Positions 58,462 through 64,000 of a stretch of DNA of 64,000 nucleotides are shown here, in pieces. The notes beneath the pieces were generated by a model. It searched no databases. It saw nothing but the letters and a program-made list of their open reading frames with translations, and was not told the origin of the DNA. Position numbers and translations under genes: made by a program. The DNA is from an uncultured Armatimonadetes bacterium (GTDB lineage: Bacteria; Armatimonadota; UBA5829; DTJY01), in NCBI GenBank assembly GCA_963717145.1, contig OY970325.1, forward strand, positions 4,128,001 through 4,192,000, in the 5' to 3' direction. Every line of letters begins with the position of its first letter. Position 1 is the first letter of the stretch.

Positions 58462-60049
58462 CAGCCTGTCCATGAAATAACCTCTGGCGCAAGGTGCCAG
58501 GTATGTAGTAAAATACGGGTATGAGCAAGCCATACCTTCCTTATCAACCTGACCAGATATTGCTGTTGCCGCCCTTGATGTCGGAGTGGCTGCCCGAGGG
58601 ACATCTCGCATACTTTGTGAGCGATGTCGTAGACAGTCTCGACCTTTCCGCGATATACGCCTCATACGAGAAAGAGGCCCGAGGAGCGCCGCCGTTCCAT
58701 CCGGCAATGCTTACAAAGATCATATTCTACGGTTTGTGCCGGGGAGTGTATTCATCTCGAAAGCTCTCCCTGGCCACGTATGAAGATGTAGCCTTCCGGG
58801 TGCTTGCGGCAGGAAATCATCCCGACTTCCGCACGATAAGCGAGTTCAGGAAGAGGCATCTCAAGTCCCTTGCGGACCTGTTTGTGCAAGTGCTCAGGCT
58901 ATGCGCAAGCGCCGGGCTTGTGTCGATGAAACACATAGCCATAGACGGAACAAAGCTGCTTGCCAACGCAAGCAAGCACTCCGCCATGAGCTACTCTCGG
59001 ATGGTCGAGAAAGAAAAAGAGCTTCAGGCTGAGATCGAGGCGCTCCTTGCGAAGGGTCTTTCTGTGGACGACCAGGAAGACGCGGAATATGGTCTTGACC
59101 GCCGAGGAGACGAACTCCCGGAGGAACTCGCAACCAGAGAGAAGCGGCTCGCCAAGATCAGGGAAGCAAAAGAAGCGCTGGAGCGCGAGGCCAAAGAGCG
59201 AGCATCAGCCGAAGAAGCGATGCGAGCCCAAGAGAAGGCGGAGCAGGAAGCATCCGGGAAGAAGCCTCGCGGCAGAGAGCCGGGGCCCGTAAAGACAGAG
59301 CCGGAAGGGAAGGCACAGCGGAACTTCACAGACCCGGAAAGCCGGATAATGAAGGACGCAAAGAAAGCCTTCGTGCAGGCATACAACGGACAAGCTGCGG
59401 TAGACGCAGATCATCAGATTGTAGTGGCGTGTGATCTCACGAACCAGGCAGCGGACTCACCGCATCTTAGTGACATGATCGAGGCAATCAAGGAGAACAC
59501 CGGAAAGAAACCGGAAGAACTATCCGCCGATGCCGGATACTTCAGCAGCGACAACATAGAGATGGTCGAGCAGCAAGGGATCGACGCTTATATACCGCCT
59601 GACAGACAACGTCATGGCAAAGAGCCGACGGCGCCTTCCTGCCTTGATCCGGCAAAGCAATCCGCCGCAGATCGCCAGAGAGCAAAGCTCTTGACTCCTC
59701 TTGGCCGAAAGATCTACGGGAGGCGGAAGGAGACGGTAGAGCCGGTGTTCGGCCAGATCAAGAGCGCACGGAACTTCCGAGGCTTCCTACTCCGAGGCCT
59801 TGCGAAAGCGAAGTCGGAGTGGACGCTTGCGTGTCTTGGGCACAACATGCTGAAGCTATACCGATACGGCGACCGGAAATCGATCTTCGATACGTAGATA
59901 TATGACCTGGATCAGGCTGATTATCAAGGTACAAGGGGTCTTTACAGACCCTCGCCGGAAATCCGGCGAAAAACACTATCGAACAGCAGCCAGCGCGACC
60001 CCGCAGATGGGAAACTCACCCACATAGCGGGGAATTCTCAGACAGGCTG
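58462..60049 (+). mobile_element. IS1182-family insertion sequence, copy 2, TSD CTAG
   Basis: Same length and termini as copy 1; CTAG at 58458-58461 and 60050-60053. Confidence 0.95.
58521..59897 (+). CDS. IS1182-family transposase
   Basis: Translation identical to 18652-20028. Confidence 0.95.
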   Translation: MSKPYLPYQPDQILLLPPLMSEWLPEGHLAYFVSDVVDSLDLSAIYASYEKEARGAPPFHPAMLTKIIFYGLCRGVYSSRKLSLATYEDVAFRVLAAGNHPDFRTISEFRKRHLKSLADLFVQVLRLCASAGLVSMKHIAIDGTKLLANASKHSAMSYSRMVEKEKELQAEIEALLAKGLSVDDQEDAEYGLDRRGDELPEELATREKRLAKIREAKEALEREAKERASAEEAMRAQEKAEQEASGKKPRGREPGPVKTEPEGKAQRNFTDPESRIMKDAKKAFVQAYNGQAAVDADHQIVVACDLTNQAADSPHLSDMIEAIKENTGKKPEELSADAGYFSSDNIEMVEQQGIDAYIPPDRQRHGKEPTAPSCLDPAKQSAADRQRAKLLTPLGRKIYGRRKETVEPVFGQIKSARNFRGFLLRGLAKAKSEWTLACLGHNMLKLYRYGDRKSIFDT

Positions 60050-60062
60050 CTAGGACTCGAAG

Positions 60063-61031
60063 TTATATCAGCAGCTTCAGCAAGAACGCACCGGTCTGTC
60101 CCAGTCCGTTACGGCCCTCGCACAGAATCTGACCTGAGTTGTTCACACCGACCGCAGCAGTCAGGAACCATCCCGGAGGCAGGCTCGCGGCGGACAGATC
60201 GTTGAGGTCCATGTAGTACCCGTTGGCCCACAGAGCAGCTCTCTTGGTCCCACTTGTGCCGACCATATACCCGGCCACCAGGGTACTGTCGTTTTGGCCG
60301 AGAGCACGTCCGTTCAGCCCCGGAAGGCCGAGCAATCGCCGCACGCCGCTCTTCCACGCAGCCGGTCTCTCGACTCCGTTGACAACGGCGTAACCGACAA
60401 CCTGATTGTTGTTGTTGATGCTGAAGGCCTCTCCCAGCCCCAGATCTGTGGCGACTCCCAACTTCCAGAAGAATGCGTGGTCCTTGAACGCGCCGACAAC
60501 GCAACGGAACTTGTTCACGCCATAAGCCCGACCCTCGCCCGGCGTTGCAGAGTATATGATCGTCTTGCGTCCCGTCTCCCACAGCACCGGCTTCGGGACC
60601 CATGCGCCGCCTTCAAACACCTGCTCTTCGCCGACAATAAGCGAACTCGCCTTGCCGCGGGCAATCGCCTTTCCGCTTGATATCCACTGCTGGCCGAAGC
60701 TGGTCCACTGGCACGCGTAAGGGATGTTGAACGGGGGCACATCCACCCCGAAGTTCTCAAACCCCACGCAGGTGCGGATCTCGTCGATGCCGTATGCCCT
60801 GTCCGGTGTAAGCACAACCATGCCGGTTCCGCTTGACCAGAAGAAAGCACGATCCCCGGATGGACCCGTGAGATAACCGGTCGCCTTGCCCGCGACGTTC
60901 AACGCCGTCGGGTGTACCGAGACTCCCGCCGGTATCGGCAGCGCCAACACCGTACAGTGGTACGCGGCTCCTGCCGCTGTTGCCACCAAGAGCAACGCGA
61001 CAATGCCGATGAATACTAGCCTTCTCTTCAT
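60063..61031 (-). CDS. Secreted HAF-repeat (extracellular beta-propeller-like) protein
   Basis: Signal peptide; RAFFW, HAFFW, AFSINNNNQVVG, MDLN, GVNNSGQI, GAFLL. Confidence 0.85.
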   Translation of the reverse strand: MKRRLVFIGIVALLLVATAAGAAYHCTVLALPIPAGVSVHPTALNVAGKATGYLTGPSGDRAFFWSSGTGMVVLTPDRAYGIDEIRTCVGFENFGVDVPPFNIPYACQWTSFGQQWISSGKAIARGKASSLIVGEEQVFEGGAWVPKPVLWETGRKTIIYSATPGEGRAYGVNKFRCVVGAFKDHAFFWKLGVATDLGLGEAFSINNNNQVVGYAVVNGVERPAAWKSGVRRLLGLPGLNGRALGQNDSTLVAGYMVGTSGTKRAALWANGYYMDLNDLSAASLPPGWFLTAAVGVNNSGQILCEGRNGLGQTGAFLLKLLI

Positions 61032-61158
61032 GCGTAGATCTCCTCCCTCATATATCCCTTGCCCTGCAACCGCCAAGGCTACATCTGTAATAGTACAAAA
61101 ACGCGCCTTTGTCAAATGAAATCTTTGCAGGTAGGAGTTCACGATCGAGGTTAGCTGC

Positions 61159-61229
61159 TGTCATTCTGAGCGGAGTGAAGAATCTGGCTGTGCCCGGAGG
61201 CCAGATTCTTCACTCCGCTCAGAATGACA
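61159..61229. repeat. TGTCATTCTGAGCG palindrome family
   Basis: Inverted arms. Confidence 0.9.
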
Positions 61230-61248
61230 AGTGAGGGCATTGGATTGC

Positions 61249-63810
61249 TCAGTCCATCAGCGTGATCTGTGCGAACTGGTTGGGGTCGAGCCAGTTCTCC
61301 TTGCTGCCGGCCCAGACGAGCTGGCACTCCTGTCGGAACGTGTCGAAACTCCCGGGCGAGTCATCGTCATCGAGAGCCGTGGTCAACCCGATGGTCGTGC
61401 CGGGTTTCGCGAGCAGGCTGATCTCCGGCATCGGAATCTTCGCTTCGATGACGTATCCACCGGCCCCGAGCGACTCGTCGTACACGAATGCACATTTCCC
61501 GCCCGGAGACGGATCGCCTGAGTGCTGCCAGTTCCAGACCACCGGGCCCTTGGGGGAGTTGAAGCAGCCGTATTGGAAGTCGTCCGAGGAGTACCGGCGC
61601 TCGGACCGGTCGCCCTGCAAGTCGGTGTCGAGGTTGATCTCGATCCCATCGCTGTTGTAGATCTTCTCGCCCCAGATATCTGCGCTCCGGACGTCATCCC
61701 TGATGCGCGCGGCGACGTAGAGCCACAGCTCGTCCCACATCGCGTAGACGACCCCGCTGCCGTCATCCACGCCCTGCCAGTTCTCAGCGCCGACTGCGAT
61801 CTGCTCCTTGCGGCCGAGATGGATCGGCGCGGCGTCCTTCCACTCATCGAGCTTGCCGTCGATGACGATGGGATTCTTCGCCTTCTTGCAGGCGAGGAAC
61901 GAGATCAGCCGCGTCTGCTCGATCGCCGGCCCCTTGTCCGGGATCACCCTGGCGGTGACGGTATACAGCGTGTCACTGGGCAGACTGGGATCGGCGACAT
62001 CCACCGGTACGCGAGCGGTCCCGGCAGACTCGATCAGGGGCAGATCGACCACCTGGTCTTTCGATTCAGCGGGAGGAGTCGCCGTTACGATCAGTTTGCC
62101 CGTGAATTGCGAGGTCTTTCGGCTTCGGACCTCGATCATTGCCCGACCCGAAGCATCCGGCATGATCTCGACCGCCGCCGGAGGTGTCAGCGTGACCGGA
62201 AGCAGAAGGCTCGCACAGAGCTTCACATCGACGATCACCTCCGCCGGGATGCGGAGGATGTTCCCCGGAGCGCTGTCGGGCGTCTTGATCTTCGCCACGA
62301 GGAGCGCTCTCGACTTCGGTTCGAGAGTAAACGGGATCTCCCTCGGCGTGATGAACTCCGAGTGGATCAGCACCTTGCCCTCGATCGCCTTCTCCCCGGC
62401 ATTGACGGCCCGGAAGCCGACATCGTTGGTCTCATCGGCGGCGACGATCATCTGCGGTGGGAGGAACTGGAACTGGTTGCCGGGCATCACCTGCTCCTGC
62501 GCGAACGGCGACTTCTTCGTGATGTAGCAGGGAAGCTCGGTCAGCGTGAGCGTCACCATGCCGTTGACCGGCTTCAGAACGACGCTGCCGGTCGCAGCAT
62601 AGAACCCGGGACCCTGGGGAGTGGACACATTCAACTTGCCGAAACCTGTTGTGGTCACCTGCTGCTGCCACATCGGGAGGCCGTCGACGGTGACCTCCTC
62701 ATCGCCGACGTAGAGCGTGATGTTCTGCACGCCCTCAGTCGACCACATGACTCCGACTTCCTGCTTCTCTCGGGAGAAGACACGTATTCGTGCCTTCTCC
62801 TCGGTCCAGAGCGAGCGAGAGAACCTCGTGCCCGCCAGGTTCTGAGTCATCGCCTGGTAGGCGATGTAGGCGGGTTTCGGCGAGCCGTCCTGGAACCGGA
62901 TGCCAAAGTTGTCCTCATTGTACGTACGGTCCGGGCCGTCGTTGCCGAACCAGTACCAGAAGATCGTCTCCACCCCGGCGGACATCGACTCGATGTAGGC
63001 CCTGACCAGCATGTTGGCCTGCTTCTCAGGGGTGCTGCCCGTCGACCCGACGTGCGTCGGCCATCCCATCTCGGTGATCCAGAGCGGCTTGTCCTTCATG
63101 CCGTACTTGCTCATCAGGTCTCGGACCTTTACGAGGTCGGCCGCGAGGTTGCTCTCTTCGGGAGTACTTGGGTAGCGGTAGGGATGGACGGAGAGGATGT
63201 CCATGCTCTTCGACGTGCCCTCCTTGAGCACCGCCTCGATGAAGTCGAGCGGGATGCCGGCGGTTGCCAGCCCGATCACCGTGCAGCCGGAGTTGCCCTT
63301 CTTGCACGCCTTGTATGCGGCTTTGAGGAGGCTCGCATAGTCCTTCGGATTGGGAGTCGGCCGCCAGAATCCCTCGCCGTTCGGCTCGTTCCAGATCTCC
63401 CAGTACTTGATCTTGCCCTTGAAGGTTCGCGCCATGAACTCGCAGTACCGGGCGAACCCCTCGACGGCCTCCTTCGACACAGGCGCGTTGTTGTCGTCGT
63501 AAAACTTGTTGCCGTAGTCGAGGATGATCATCGGCTCGATCCCGGCCTTGACGGTGTTCTCGACGTTTTGCAGGATGTTGTCATCGATCTTGAGGACGCC
63601 CTTCTCCCGCTCGACGCGCTCCCAATGGATCTCGTCGCGGATGAGCTTGATCCCGGCCTGCGCGCAGAGGTCGATCGTCGCCTGGTGATTGGCGACATCG
63701 CCCTCCATCGAGTGAAGCTGCATGGCAAACGGCGAGGTAGGCTCCTTCTTCGCGGCCTGCGCCGGGATCGCGAGCACGAGTATCAGTAGTATCAGCGAGT
63801 ACGTTCTCAT
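61249..63810 (-). CDS. Secreted clan GH-A glycoside hydrolase (GH39/GH5-like) with C-terminal CBM9-like domain
   Basis: Signal peptide; WEIWNEPN, SVHPY, WITEMGW; IDGKLDEW..WDELWLYVA..DGIEI. Confidence 0.88.
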   Translation of the reverse strand: MRTYSLILLILVLAIPAQAAKKEPTSPFAMQLHSMEGDVANHQATIDLCAQAGIKLIRDEIHWERVEREKGVLKIDDNILQNVENTVKAGIEPMIILDYGNKFYDDNNAPVSKEAVEGFARYCEFMARTFKGKIKYWEIWNEPNGEGFWRPTPNPKDYASLLKAAYKACKKGNSGCTVIGLATAGIPLDFIEAVLKEGTSKSMDILSVHPYRYPSTPEESNLAADLVKVRDLMSKYGMKDKPLWITEMGWPTHVGSTGSTPEKQANMLVRAYIESMSAGVETIFWYWFGNDGPDRTYNEDNFGIRFQDGSPKPAYIAYQAMTQNLAGTRFSRSLWTEEKARIRVFSREKQEVGVMWSTEGVQNITLYVGDEEVTVDGLPMWQQQVTTTGFGKLNVSTPQGPGFYAATGSVVLKPVNGMVTLTLTELPCYITKKSPFAQEQVMPGNQFQFLPPQMIVAADETNDVGFRAVNAGEKAIEGKVLIHSEFITPREIPFTLEPKSRALLVAKIKTPDSAPGNILRIPAEVIVDVKLCASLLLPVTLTPPAAVEIMPDASGRAMIEVRSRKTSQFTGKLIVTATPPAESKDQVVDLPLIESAGTARVPVDVADPSLPSDTLYTVTARVIPDKGPAIEQTRLISFLACKKAKNPIVIDGKLDEWKDAAPIHLGRKEQIAVGAENWQGVDDGSGVVYAMWDELWLYVAARIRDDVRSADIWGEKIYNSDGIEINLDTDLQGDRSERRYSSDDFQYGCFNSPKGPVVWNWQHSGDPSPGGKCAFVYDESLGAGGYVIEAKIPMPEISLLAKPGTTIGLTTALDDDDSPGSFDTFRQECQLVWAGSKENWLDPNQFAQITLMD

Positions 63811-64000
63811 TCCTGCCTCCATGCAAAACGATGTCCCCCTTACGAAGGGGGACCGGCCTCTGGGCCGAGGGGGTTTCTCTCCGGCTGCCCCCAAGGCGGA
63901 ACCGCCAAGACGCCAAGATCGCCAAGCGGACCTTCACCGAGTCCCCACTTCGCAAGGAGTGGAGCTTCGGCTTCCAGCGGTCCGAGACAATCCTACCGCG

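Noticed and set aside
61522-63789. 755-aa plus-strand ORF and similar long antisense ORFs (41723-43180, 26287-27561, 44431-45699)
   Set aside because: GC-rich codon-bias shadows of well-supported opposite-strand genes
63811-64000. Riboswitch upstream of the glycoside hydrolase
   Set aside because: Hairpins (GTCCCCCTT..AAGGGGGAC) and CGCCAAGA repeats look like REP/STRR elements; no recognisable aptamer consensus

Overview
GC-rich bacterial chromosomal window, probably from a diderm anaerobe (PEP-CTERM proteins, a Tat sulfatase, an AhbD-like radical SAM enzyme and a Sec-containing SelD; Armatimonadota-like is only an impression). Left to right: a truncated HsdM-like N6-adenine methylase missed by the ORF track; topA; an OYE/GltD-type flavoprotein fusion carrying two in-frame palindromic-repeat insertions; an MFS transporter; an rve-type IS; ZIP-selD(Sec)-radical SAM genes; a pterin operon whose folE is split by an IS1182-family element; and a 13-kb minus-strand arsenic/thiol-redox island. 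The island has two ArsR, Acr3, ArsM, ArsP, thioredoxins, CcdA, a MacB-like ABC system, a DUF1573 protein, rhodanese, DoxX/MauE and, most strikingly, a stand-alone soluble MtrA-like corrinoid protein. Further right are trxB, sugar-acid catabolic genes, an M48 peptidase, two sulfatases, nested IS3 copies, four toxin-antitoxin pairs, two PEP-CTERM genes sharing an operator-like palindrome, a frameshifted GH172 gene, a second IS1182 copy and glycoside hydrolases. Intergenic DNA is densely filled with several REP-like palindrome families, short tandem repeats and a ~175-bp MITE with 9-bp target duplications. No rRNA, tRNA or CRISPR array was recognised. Family assignments come from recalled motifs, not database searches.
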